DNA of 64,000 nt from an uncultured Desulfobacter sp. (GCA_963665095.1 OY762069.1:2496001-2560000), one strand, 5' to 3'; numbered from the stretch's first letter, positions 21,976 to 31,597 are shown. Program-made: numbers and translations. Notes: a model not told the origin generated them from the letters alone.

Positions 21976-23227
21976 GTAACTATTCAGCTCCCCTGAACAA
22001 GATTATACTATCTTGAGGTACCTCGGAATCACTCATGTAGAAAATCCGGCAGGTGGCCTTCAAATAAAATCCGCAACGCCTCAGTTGCTCTCATTCCATG
22101 TTTTTTACACGTTGACAGATAACTGCGAATTCGACAAAAAATTGCAGCGCCCTCTGTTGAACGAAAACAGCCGGATATTTTTTGCTGAACTTTTGTCATC
22201 CTGGTGTCGTTTTCGCCCAGGTTATTGGTAAAGGGGACATGCCCGTCATCCATAAAGCGGAGGGTTTCTGTTTCATAATCAATCAACCGCTCCAGAATAT
22301 TTCTTGCTTTGGATCGTTTTGTTCGGCCCCGCTTGTTTTTTCTTTTGCTTTCATCGGGAGGCGGGCATTCAATCTGGGCCTTGTCCAGCCGGTCCCGGTA
22401 TTGTTGTCGATATTTCCGGGATTCTGCCGTTTCCAGTTGCCCTCCGGCATTATCTACCGCTTGATTAATCTGCAATAAGAGATCTCTTATGTCCCTGGCC
22501 CATTCCTGGTTGTCCTGATCCCAGGCCCTTTCAAGCTCCCTGAGGTGATAGGCATTACACAGGGCATGCTGGCAGTCAAACCTGAAATACGGTTTCCAGT
22601 GATCATGACAGAGGACCCCGTTGAAATGAGGCAATATTCCCATCGCTTCCATGGCCTCTAAACCTCTTTTTTCATGGGGAAGATAATAACTCCATAAAGG
22701 ATTGGATACACAATGCAGCCAAACCCGTTTCCCATTGATATTGATACCGGTCTCATCTGCATGACAAAGGCCGGACGCAATCAATTTTGATTTAACCATG
22801 GCTTCAAAAGCCTCAAGTTTATGATAGGCATCATAGTTGAAGTTGAAAACCGTCCCTGCGCTGATCGAAATTTTTACCTGATCCTGAAAGTCCTCTTCAA
22901 TTCGCTTATACGGCACCAACTGATATTGCGACATATACACGGAATGTACTTTTACATCAATACCATATTGTACCGGGCGATTAATCCCTTCGGGAAAGGG
23001 ATCTGTGTATCGTTTCCCCTTTGGAAGTTTTTTTCTGTCTACAGGGATATTCTCGATTTGATCAGGGGTATCAAATTTTCGAAGGGTGGTTCCAACATGT
23101 CCGTTTTGTCCTCCGGGTTTACGGGGGGCCAGGTTTCTTCTTTTTCTTTTCCCGGTTGGGGTCTGATGAAGGATATGGCTGGCCATTCATCTGTCGGCTA
23201 AAAACCAGTGGATCTCATGATATCCGT
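21976..23227 (-). mobile_element. IS66-family (ISBst12-like) element, right end plus transposase 22029-23186, left end lost
   Basis: GTAACTATTCAGC terminus; HADETG, LCHDHWKPY, HALCNAYHLREL, PFTNNLGENDTRMTKVQQKISGCFRS. Confidence 0.9.
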
Positions 23228-23401
23228 CGGACAGCTGAAGCCCAACCCAAGCAGAAAAAGAAACGCCGGTCCGGACAAAAACTGTAAACCTTGGTTATCG
23301 AACTCAGGCAGCATTGTGACAAAAGCAAGTTTGCCGCAAGTTGACTTTTTTATCCCAGCAAAGGGCTGCCTGTTCGCAGGAGAGTGTTGGAAAATATCAT
23401 G

Positions 23402-23635
23402 TTAGCTTTTCAATATTTGAGCGATCTGCTCATCCCGTTCCTCTTGTGTGATGTATAGTTTTATTCTTATGTCAAATATTTTTGCTTTCCGTTCATTTCT
23501 TCTGAAAACGGCCTGTTCTGCTTCCATTCCGGAGAAGGCACAGGACACAGTAGATCCTCTTTGGCGAAGACGCTGGGCAAGGGTTTCAATAAAGGGTTTT
23601 TCATCATCGACAAGTAAAAAACTAATTGGGATCAT
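23402..23635 (-). pseudogene. Response-regulator receiver with internal deletion
   Basis: FLLVDDEKPFIETLAQRL...SGMEA joins directly to a C-terminal helix; phospho-Asp and Lys region absent. Confidence 0.7.
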
Positions 23636-23750
23636 ATACCATCCCCCTCCGATCACCTCATGGATAAAAAGCCAATGTATAATGGTTTTCAGGCAGACCT
23701 GATAACCGGCTCCAGTACTGAAGCCAGGTGTTTTTCACTTTGATCTGGCA

Positions 23751-24524
23751 CTAACGGGCCACAATAATTTTCAGGCCGGCTGCCTCAAGTTCCTCTTTCA
23801 CCCCTTTTTTGATGCCGGCATCGGTGATAAGGATATCTACTTTTTTAATGGGGGCGGTCACGAAGTTGGAGACCACGCCTATTTTGCTGGAATCCGCCAC
23901 AACAATAACCGGTCCGGAAGTCTGATCAATCATGAGTCGGGCCACGGCTGCCTCCTCCTGGACAGGTGTGGTCAGCCCGTATTTAATGCTGACGCCGTCC
24001 ACACCGATGATGGCCTTGCTGCCGCAGACATTTTTAAGGGTATTATGGGCCAGATCCCCGATCAGGGAGTTGGACTGACGACGGTACTGGCCGCCGGTGA
24101 GAATGACTTCGATATCTGGATTTTCAATTTCAGCCAGGGCATTGGCATTGCTGGTGATGATGCGGATGTCTCTGCCGCTTATGTGGCGCAGCACCTGGGA
24201 GTTGGTGGACCCGGTGTTGATCAGTACGGTATCGCCGGCCTCAATAAGCTGGTTGGCTGCGAGACCGATCTTCTCTTTTTGCAGCCGTTGCGTCTGGTCC
24301 TTTTCCGAGTATAAATATTCCCCTTTCACCCGCCGTCTGAGGATGGCCCCGCCGTGGGTCCGTTCCAGGATGCCCTTTTTTTCAAGTTTGCCGAAATCCC
24401 GCCGGATGGTCAGTTCCGTCACTTGGAACAGCTGGCTGAGTTCCGCCACTTTGACGATTCCCTTTTCCTCAATAAGGCTCTGAATTCTGGACTGGCGGTC
24501 TAATGGTATGAGGGACTGGGGCAT
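23751..24524 (-). CDS. DeoR/GlpR-family transcriptional regulator
   Basis: VTELTIRRD...RTHGGA HTH; TGST, ADSSK sensor-domain motifs. Confidence 0.93.
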   Translation of the reverse strand: MPQSLIPLDRQSRIQSLIEEKGIVKVAELSQLFQVTELTIRRDFGKLEKKGILERTHGGAILRRRVKGEYLYSEKDQTQRLQKEKIGLAANQLIEAGDTVLINTGSTNSQVLRHISGRDIRIITSNANALAEIENPDIEVILTGGQYRRQSNSLIGDLAHNTLKNVCGSKAIIGVDGVSIKYGLTTPVQEEAAVARLMIDQTSGPVIVVADSSKIGVVSNFVTAPIKKVDILITDAGIKKGVKEELEAAGLKIIVAR

Positions 24525-24635
24525 GCTGGATTCCTTTAGGCCAAATGAAAAACATATAGCAGAAATCAGCGTTTGGAATCAATCCCCCCATCACCGGCAT
24601 AAAATTTAATTAGTGCCTGAACGCCCTCCCGTGTT

Positions 24636-24780
24636 TGGTGTTTGGACGAACAGTTGCCCGGATGCAAGGCGCAAGCAACGCTGCAACCGCAAGCGTACTT
24701 TAGTACGTGAGGCCCTATGATATGATTTGGCAGCTTTGTGCAGCAATGCCGCAGGAAGGTGACTGTTCGTTCAAACACTA
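24636..24780. mobile_element. MITE-like element (~145 bp) with terminal inverted repeats
   Basis: TGGTGTTTGGACGAACAGTTGCC versus reverse complement TAGTGTTTGAACGAACAGTCACC; internal CGTACT-tt-AGTACG hairpin. Confidence 0.7.
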
Positions 24781-24781
24781 A

Positions 24782-26323
24782 TTAAAATTTAACAATGGTG
24801 GGGGCCAGGGCTGTCACCATGGTGGCAATGTCTTCAATGCTGGCATTAGAACACTGGACCTCCCTGGTCCCTTCAATGGCAGCGGTTTCAACATTCACTA
24901 TTTTGGTGGTTAATATTAAAAGGCTGCCCAGTTTATTGAGGCTGCCCAGAAGGATGTATTTTGCATTGAGCTGTTTGCCAATGGAAATCGCATCATCGGT
25001 GGTCAGTCCGCTCATCTGGTAGTTGAGCTCATTTAAGACGTTATCAATCTGATTTCTCTCAATCAGATCAACCTGGGGGCTGTTTCCCAGCTTGGATTCC
25101 AGAAGATAGGTGGCGGTTTTGGAGATATCTTCAGGCACGCCTAAATGGTCAAAATGAATCACGGCAAGTTTGCGTTTTTCACCAAACTGGATAATGGGCT
25201 GGGTCGGGGTGGTGATCTTAATGGCACTGCCAAAGCTGGAGGCCTGCTGGGTCTGCACCTGGGTACCATAGTTAAAGCGCTCGAATCCGGTAACCCCTGA
25301 CACCTTGTACAGGCTGACAATGGAAGACTTTTTGGACTTCTGCCATGCAACCGTGAGCCACTGGCCGTTTCTGGCAGAATTAAGGATAGAGACATCTCCG
25401 TCAACATCCTTGTTCTGCTCGATAATGCCTGAATTCAGGTTCCAGATGGAAATTCTTTTTTTGCGCAGGGATGAGTTATCTGTGATGATATATTTTTTAT
25501 CCGGGGTGATACTGAAACTGTTAATCTGACTTTTGTTCCCCTCCAGGATTTCAATTTCAGAGCCGGTCTTCCACTCATAAAAGACGAGGTTATATTTAAA
25601 ATTCATGCCTTTGCGGCCCAGGCGGGTTTCCTGGTAGCCGATACCAATAATCTGCCTGTCGGCACTGCACAGTGCGGTTTTCAGTTCAATTCCGGAATCT
25701 CCCATTGTGGAGGGCTGGATCTCCCCTTGGCGAACAATGCGAAGGTTCAGCGGATTCCAGAAGATCATTTTATTGTCATACCCAATGGACACCACTTCAT
25801 CACCATTCAGATTAAAATCCAAAAAGACAATCCCTTTCCGATGTCCGTTCTTCATACTGCCTTTGGGTTGACCGCCGGGAAACTCGTATAAATAAATTTC
25901 CCGGCGCTCCCCACCCACTGCAAGCGTGCGGTCATCAGGGCTCAGTGTTACCTGACTGATGGATTTTCCAAAATGGCGGCTTTCAGAAATCCTGTTTCCG
26001 GAATACAGATCCCAGACACAGACCCGGCCATCCTGCGCACCAGTTATCAGATAGCGATTTTTGGAATCAAAGGAGATATCTGTCACTCTTTTATTATGCC
26101 CTGCCAGCTCATGCAACTTGCGATTGGCCTGAACATCCCACAAAAGGACCTTGCCTTCATGGGTGCCAATGGATAAAAAGCGGCCGTCAGGGCTTGTCTG
26201 CAAGCAACTGACGGCCCGGGTGTCAATGGACAGATTCTGTTCCAGATACATGTTCATTTCACCTGAAGCATTTTCAATAAATACCATCAGGAGAATCAAC
26301 AGGCTGATAAATGTTTGTTTCAT
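24782..26323 (-). CDS. Exported WD40 beta-propeller protein with C-terminal CsgG/HfaB-like domain
   Basis: Signal peptide; GH...WD repeats; LAVIHF...IERNQIDNVLNELNYQMSGL...IGKQLNAKYILLGS. Confidence 0.8.
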   Translation of the reverse strand: MKQTFISLLILLMVFIENASGEMNMYLEQNLSIDTRAVSCLQTSPDGRFLSIGTHEGKVLLWDVQANRKLHELAGHNKRVTDISFDSKNRYLITGAQDGRVCVWDLYSGNRISESRHFGKSISQVTLSPDDRTLAVGGERREIYLYEFPGGQPKGSMKNGHRKGIVFLDFNLNGDEVVSIGYDNKMIFWNPLNLRIVRQGEIQPSTMGDSGIELKTALCSADRQIIGIGYQETRLGRKGMNFKYNLVFYEWKTGSEIEILEGNKSQINSFSITPDKKYIITDNSSLRKKRISIWNLNSGIIEQNKDVDGDVSILNSARNGQWLTVAWQKSKKSSIVSLYKVSGVTGFERFNYGTQVQTQQASSFGSAIKITTPTQPIIQFGEKRKLAVIHFDHLGVPEDISKTATYLLESKLGNSPQVDLIERNQIDNVLNELNYQMSGLTTDDAISIGKQLNAKYILLGSLNKLGSLLILTTKIVNVETAAIEGTREVQCSNASIEDIATMVTALAPTIVKF

Positions 26324-26346
26324 TAAACCTTAACCATGTTCAGGCG

Positions 26347-26868
26347 TTAAAAAACATAGGAAATACCGGAGACCACCATCATCATGCCGTTGTCGTCGTC
26401 AGCAAAAAAATTTTGACCATAGTTGATGGATGTATCCAGAGATAGATTCTCTGTAAAGAATATATTCACCCCAAACCCCACTTGAATATACGTGTAATCC
26501 TGAAGGTCCTCATTATCTTCCGTATCGAATTTCTGCTGATAGATAGAGGCTTTTAAATAGGGAATGGTTTGTTTTTTCACACTGAAATTGAACTTGGTGA
26601 ACAGCTCAGTGCTGAAGTCAGTTTCTTCATCCCCGTCAACAGTGGTGATGGTAATGCCGGGTGCAAGCCCCACCAGCCAGTTTGCCGAGGCATAATACCC
26701 AAAACGCAGATTAATATTTCCCGATGAGAAATCGCTGTCAGAGTTCACTGTGGAAAAATAGGTTGCAAAGGCTGCGACTTCTTTGTCCCCGGCTTCAATC
26801 ACGTCGTTTCCGGCCATTACGGTGTGAGGAAAGGCAATTAAAAGCAAAATAATAAGTAGTTTACGCAT
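26347..26868 (-). CDS. Small outer-membrane beta-barrel protein
   Basis: Signal peptide, alternating amphipathic strands, IPYL/GFGVNIFF, C-terminal ...GISYVF. Confidence 0.75.
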   Translation of the reverse strand: MRKLLIILLLIAFPHTVMAGNDVIEAGDKEVAAFATYFSTVNSDSDFSSGNINLRFGYYASANWLVGLAPGITITTVDGDEETDFSTELFTKFNFSVKKQTIPYLKASIYQQKFDTEDNEDLQDYTYIQVGFGVNIFFTENLSLDTSINYGQNFFADDDNGMMMVVSGISYVF

Positions 26869-27017
26869 GATACCCCCTTTGAAATAAAAAAATTAGATTA
26901 ATCGACATTTCATTACATGTCGGAATTGCTGTGAACATATTGTCAATATCTCTTGTCGCCATAGGATATAGAAGTCTACTTATAAAATATTTTTGAATAA
27001 TTCAACATATAAAACGA

Positions 27018-28598
27018 TTAACCGTTATTAAGCTGTCTGAACAATGATCTGTTTTTCCGGTAAAACCGCAGAAACACCTTGTAAAGCGAGTCATAAATTT
27101 TGCGATGCGCCGGATTTGGCACAAATGTCTTACGGATTCCGGTCAGGCCGGGGATATCATCAAAGGTGATATGGCCAAGGCCCACTGAAGCAATCAGTGC
27201 GGCACCCCGGGCATTTGCCTGCCTGGGGTTTTCCACCTGCCGGATTTCCCTGTTCAGCACATCGGCAAAGATCGTGCACCACACTTCAGACTGTGCACCG
27301 CCGCCAATGAAGTTGATAACAGACAGGGGACGACCGATAAATTTCTCCACATGGCGCAGACTCCAGCAGGTATTATAGGCCACACCTTCCATGACCGCAC
27401 GGATCATGTGGTCCTGGTTGGTGGTTTTGGAAATATTGAAAAAACAACCCCGCAAAAAAGTATTATCCACCGGAGTCCGTTCGCCATTGAGCCAGGGCAG
27501 GTATATCAATTGGCGACATCCTGCAGGCACGGCCCCGGCAATGGCGTCAAGATGCGGGTACGGGTCAGCACAGGAACAATTTTTCAAGGCGTTATTGTGA
27601 AACAGGATGTTGTCAAAAAGATGGGCAAGGCAGCCGCCGGCCATGTCCTGCTCATTAACGGACTGGTACCTGCCGGGGATGGCTGTGGGAAACGAGGCAA
27701 TGGAATGAAGTACATCGGTCTTTTTAAAAGGAATCACCGCCTGCACCCAGGAAGAGGTGCCGATATACAGATGGCCTGAAAAATCCTTTACAGCCCCGGC
27801 CCCGATACAGGCGGTCTGGTGGTCCGGAGAAGAGCACACCACCTTTACTTTGTCATTCAGCCCCATGGCAGCGGCCACCTCTTTTTTCAAAGTGCCGATA
27901 ATATCGGTGGCCGCAGTCATGGGCGGCAGCTTGTCCTTTGAAATCCCCAGCAGCGAAATCAGGGTGTCATCATAGACAATATTATGGCTGTCCCGGATAT
28001 CTGATACCCAGAAAAGCTGCATGGAGTCATAGGAAGCAGTAAACGCGCCCGTAAGCTTCAAATTCAGGAAATCCTTGCTGGGCAGAAACATGCGGGTCTT
28101 TTCGTAGACGTGGGGAAATTCGTTTTTAATCAGCAGCACATGGGCGATATCATCCTTGCCGGAAAGGGTTGGCCCGCCTCCGGTCTTTGGAATCCAGCGC
28201 ATGAGTCTGGAAATCTTGTACCCTGCCACACTGGGGTACCCGCCCATGATTTTTTTCACATGCCCTGCCCCCCTGGAATCCATCCATGTCAGGGCCGGCA
28301 TAAGATGACGGCCGTTCTGGTCCACCGCCACAGTGGTTGAAAATGTGCTGGAAACAGCAATGGCCTCAATGGCCTCTGCGGGAACCGTCTTCCTGGCCAC
28401 CAGCCGCCCGCAGGCTGTTATCAGCGCCTGCCACCATGCCTCCGGGTCCTGTTCCGCCCCGCCGCCGGCAATAAAATGGATGGCTGTCTTCTCATATTCG
28501 TAATCCACGACCCTGCCATGGATAGATACAATGGCGGCCTTAATTCCTGAAGTGCCGTGGTCAATGGCCAGAATATATCTGCTGTTCTTCTGCTTCAT
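27018..28598 (-). CDS. FGGY-family carbohydrate kinase (xylulokinase-like)
   Basis: LAIDHGTSGIKA, WMDSR, YIGTSSW, PWLNGERTP, GGGAQS. Confidence 0.9.
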   Translation of the reverse strand: MKQKNSRYILAIDHGTSGIKAAIVSIHGRVVDYEYEKTAIHFIAGGGAEQDPEAWWQALITACGRLVARKTVPAEAIEAIAVSSTFSTTVAVDQNGRHLMPALTWMDSRGAGHVKKIMGGYPSVAGYKISRLMRWIPKTGGGPTLSGKDDIAHVLLIKNEFPHVYEKTRMFLPSKDFLNLKLTGAFTASYDSMQLFWVSDIRDSHNIVYDDTLISLLGISKDKLPPMTAATDIIGTLKKEVAAAMGLNDKVKVVCSSPDHQTACIGAGAVKDFSGHLYIGTSSWVQAVIPFKKTDVLHSIASFPTAIPGRYQSVNEQDMAGGCLAHLFDNILFHNNALKNCSCADPYPHLDAIAGAVPAGCRQLIYLPWLNGERTPVDNTFLRGCFFNISKTTNQDHMIRAVMEGVAYNTCWSLRHVEKFIGRPLSVINFIGGGAQSEVWCTIFADVLNREIRQVENPRQANARGAALIASVGLGHITFDDIPGLTGIRKTFVPNPAHRKIYDSLYKVFLRFYRKNRSLFRQLNNG

Positions 28599-29824
28599 AT
28601 ATCCATGGTTTCCACATTGCCGGCGGCATCAATCTTTTGCACCAGCACCCCGGAAAATTCCTCATGGGTATCCTTGTGTTTTTTATCAAGGCGCATCACT
28701 TTAGTAATCAGTTCAATAAAATCCACCGGATTAACGCACCCTTCCGGTGGGAGGACTCCTTTTTCAATAATTTTTCCCTGCTGCATAAGAATTGCGCCCA
28801 TGGCCACAGGAATTCCTGTGCCCTCCCCTAAGGCCTGGCTCCGGGATGCCATGTGGAACCGGTATTCACAGTATTTCCCATCTTTTTCACCTGTTGCCAC
28901 CACAGTGCAGCAGCCGCGCTGGGAACCAAAATCAGTCTCCTTTAAAATCCGCTCCCGTTCACGGATGATATATGCCATGGCAAAATCGTAAGGAATGACG
29001 GATTGGCCGTTCACCATCACAGGCTCCCGGCTGGCAAGGCCTGCTTTGCACACATCCTTGGTCAGGGAGTAATATGCATCCGGTAGCACGGTTCCCCGGT
29101 TGGTAACCTGTTTGAGCTTAATATATTTCGGGATGGTTACCTGTTCCGGGTGGGGATAGGGATAAACCTTGATGTCATTACCCAGTGCCGGGAAATCAAA
29201 GGTCTGTCTCAGAGCCTTTCCCCCTTCTTCAAAAAATTTGACATAGGTCAGTTCACCGTCCAGAAACATGGGAATATCAATGCTCATGCAATGGAAGCGG
29301 TGACCGATCACCCCTTCGCCTTCAACGGGTTCACCGCCATGGGCGTGGAAAATGTCAACCATATGGGTTTCATCCAGTAAATGATCTGCCGCAAATTTAG
29401 CCAGAAGATTGGTGGCCCCCGGGGAACTGCCCATACCGATCAAGGCTGTAATACCAGCCTTTTTAGCCTGTTCATCCAGACTGAAAATATCCAGGGTGAC
29501 ATCCACATCGTCACACACATCCACGTAATTGATTCCGGCTGAAATCACCTGTGCCAGAATGATCTTAACAGTTTTATAAAACGGCCCGATACAGTTGACC
29601 ACAAGATCACATCCGGCAATGGCTGAGCGGATACTTTCACCATCCAATGCATCCACCCGGATAAAAGAGATATTATCTGTATTGGTTTCGGATATAATTG
29701 CTTTGGCCCGCTGTGCATTTATATCACCGATAATAATCTTTGAAAAAATATCCTGCCGGGCCAGGGTTTTGACCGCCACACTGCCCACGGCACCACAGCC
29801 ACCAAGAACCATTACATTTGCCAT
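28595..29824 (-). CDS. Saccharopine-dehydrogenase-like NAD(P) oxidoreductase
   Basis: LGGCGAVG, NCIGPFY, YVDVCDD, GMGSSPG, HPE, GVLPPE; GGAGGGGG RBS before ATG 29824. Confidence 0.85.
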   Translation of the reverse strand: MANVMVLGGCGAVGSVAVKTLARQDIFSKIIIGDINAQRAKAIISETNTDNISFIRVDALDGESIRSAIAGCDLVVNCIGPFYKTVKIILAQVISAGINYVDVCDDVDVTLDIFSLDEQAKKAGITALIGMGSSPGATNLLAKFAADHLLDETHMVDIFHAHGGEPVEGEGVIGHRFHCMSIDIPMFLDGELTYVKFFEEGGKALRQTFDFPALGNDIKVYPYPHPEQVTIPKYIKLKQVTNRGTVLPDAYYSLTKDVCKAGLASREPVMVNGQSVIPYDFAMAYIIRERERILKETDFGSQRGCCTVVATGEKDGKYCEYRFHMASRSQALGEGTGIPVAMGAILMQQGKIIEKGVLPPEGCVNPVDFIELITKVMRLDKKHKDTHEEFSGVLVQKIDAAGNVETMDI

Positions 29825-29872
29825 ACCCCCTCCGTCTCCCTGAAACTGGTCAGAATTTATTGAACATGTTAA

Positions 29873-29887
29873 TTGAACACTGTTCAA
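29873..29887. promoter_or_regulatory. Perfect palindromic operator
   Basis: TTGAACA-c-TGTTCAA about 50 bp upstream of the oxidoreductase start. Confidence 0.6.
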
Positions 29888-29981
29888 ACTAACTAATATC
29901 TGTGTCAGAGGAATGCAACAGGAAAAAATGACTTAAGCCCGTACGATCAGCAAAATAAAATTCTATCTGGGGATGAAAAAA

Positions 29982-31427
29982 TTATGCATTGCAATCAAGT
30001 GAATTAATGACAATATCGTTGAGCTGAGGATAGTATTGTTTCTTTTTGGCAGCTTGCTTGACAGTATCTTCCCACTGGTTAAACGAATCCACATGCCTCA
30101 GGGTGTGATCAGCATCCTTCGGGTTTCCCCTTTCGGCAATTTCACGTATGCCGGCAAGTGCCTGGCAGTCGCCGGGAAAGTACATGGGTATCACACCTTT
30201 ATCTTTTGGCATGGCATCAAATGCCTTCCGGGAGCGTCTTTCCCGCACACAGTCCTCTAAAAATTTTTCCAGACTGAAAAAATTAAGGCTCCCCAATGCC
30301 CCCATGGCGTGCCGTATAATATGCACCCCATACTTACGCAACGCATTGCGGCTCAGTTCAGAATCAAAAAGCGCCTGGGAAGTTAGATCCCCCAAAGAGG
30401 TACTGCCTCCGGTCTGTGCGGATGGAAAGCCTGTAATCCAGGTATTGACCCTGGCCAAAGCCGCGTTAATAAGGGTTTGATGGGAAGAACTGTACGCAAG
30501 ATTGCCATCGGCATCCAGGACACTGGGGATACCGCAATGTATGCAGGATATCCCCGGATTGACGGTCTGGGCAACAACCATCATAAAAATCACCTGGGCA
30601 TGGTTCTGGGTCAGGAAAGACTCCGGACTGGCAGGGCCGGATACCCCTGCAATGCTCTGGTCAATCAGTAACAGGTTATTCCCTGTGCGGGCGCTGCGTA
30701 AAAAAGGCTCAACCATGTTGTTCATGGGCGTCAGAAAGGAGATCAGGCTGGTCCCGTCAACCCAGTGAGTCTTGTCTTTCAGAAAGGAAGCCTCGCTGTC
30801 ACTCATGGTACTGGTAGTGATCATCTTAAGTCCCGGGTATTTTTTTTCCATTAACCGGGCGATCTCGAAAAGGGAAATACTTCTGTCCGGGGCCACCGGC
30901 AGACTGAAAATACCGGCAACATCAATCTGCTCTCCCACCGTGGAGACGATTTCCTCATATTCCTTGCGGTTCGCAGGTCGCAGCGATTCCTTGCCGGCCC
31001 GCTTCAGAAAAGGAGCTGTTGCACCGGTACCAAAGGTGTTCATTCCGGGATCTGCGGGGATACTGCGGGGACACTGTGCCAGACAGTGGTCGATATAACC
31101 CCGTTTCAAAGGAATAAAAAGAGCTGTTTCCTTACCAAAATCCACAGCATCGGCTTCCATTAGAAGGTTCATAAGGGGCTCATTCCCGCTGATATTTATA
31201 CCGATTTCTGTGAGCACCTGCTTTGCGTTTTCGTCAATGCGCCGGTAAACTGCCTTTTCTGCTATCAGATCATCCATGTCTTCCAACCGGCATTGGATCT
31301 TTTTCAGCACAGATGCGTCGGAGGCATGACGGAAGAGATCTTCATAAACAGCTTTGGCCTTTTCAAACTGTGCATCCTTTTCCAAGCCGATTCCTTTGGC
31401 AAAGGTTTCGCCAGCCATCTCCTCCAT
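29982..31427 (-). CDS. Trimethylamine methyltransferase (MttB) superfamily, non-pyrrolysine, with N-terminal helical extension
   Basis: RIDENAKQVLTEIGI, IAGVSGPAS...AQ...QTVNPG, GFPSAQTGG, IIRHAMGALGSL; no in-frame amber codon. Confidence 0.7.
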   Translation of the reverse strand: MEEMAGETFAKGIGLEKDAQFEKAKAVYEDLFRHASDASVLKKIQCRLEDMDDLIAEKAVYRRIDENAKQVLTEIGINISGNEPLMNLLMEADAVDFGKETALFIPLKRGYIDHCLAQCPRSIPADPGMNTFGTGATAPFLKRAGKESLRPANRKEYEEIVSTVGEQIDVAGIFSLPVAPDRSISLFEIARLMEKKYPGLKMITTSTMSDSEASFLKDKTHWVDGTSLISFLTPMNNMVEPFLRSARTGNNLLLIDQSIAGVSGPASPESFLTQNHAQVIFMMVVAQTVNPGISCIHCGIPSVLDADGNLAYSSSHQTLINAALARVNTWITGFPSAQTGGSTSLGDLTSQALFDSELSRNALRKYGVHIIRHAMGALGSLNFFSLEKFLEDCVRERRSRKAFDAMPKDKGVIPMYFPGDCQALAGIREIAERGNPKDADHTLRHVDSFNQWEDTVKQAAKKKQYYPQLNDIVINSLDCNA

Positions 31428-31597
31428 TGTCGATACGACATCCTTTTGGGTTTCAACCAGTTATTATAAAAGTCAAAAGTTGCAATCCACTCAGGGGCTT
31501 GCCCTGTGTATGGATGGAGCAGCAGTTGACGGCATCACATCTTGTGTCGTATCATGAATATACGTTTTTTTTCAATTACCTGTTATTAAATGTAACC

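Noticed and set aside
29982..31427. Pyrrolysine recoding in the MttB-like gene
   Set aside because: The ORF is continuous with no in-frame TAG, and there are no pyl genes in the window.
31223..31597. N-terminal 125 aa of the 1189-aa kinase ORF
   Set aside because: It overlaps the divergent MttB-like gene and looks non-protein-like; the true start is probably 31598 or 31626.
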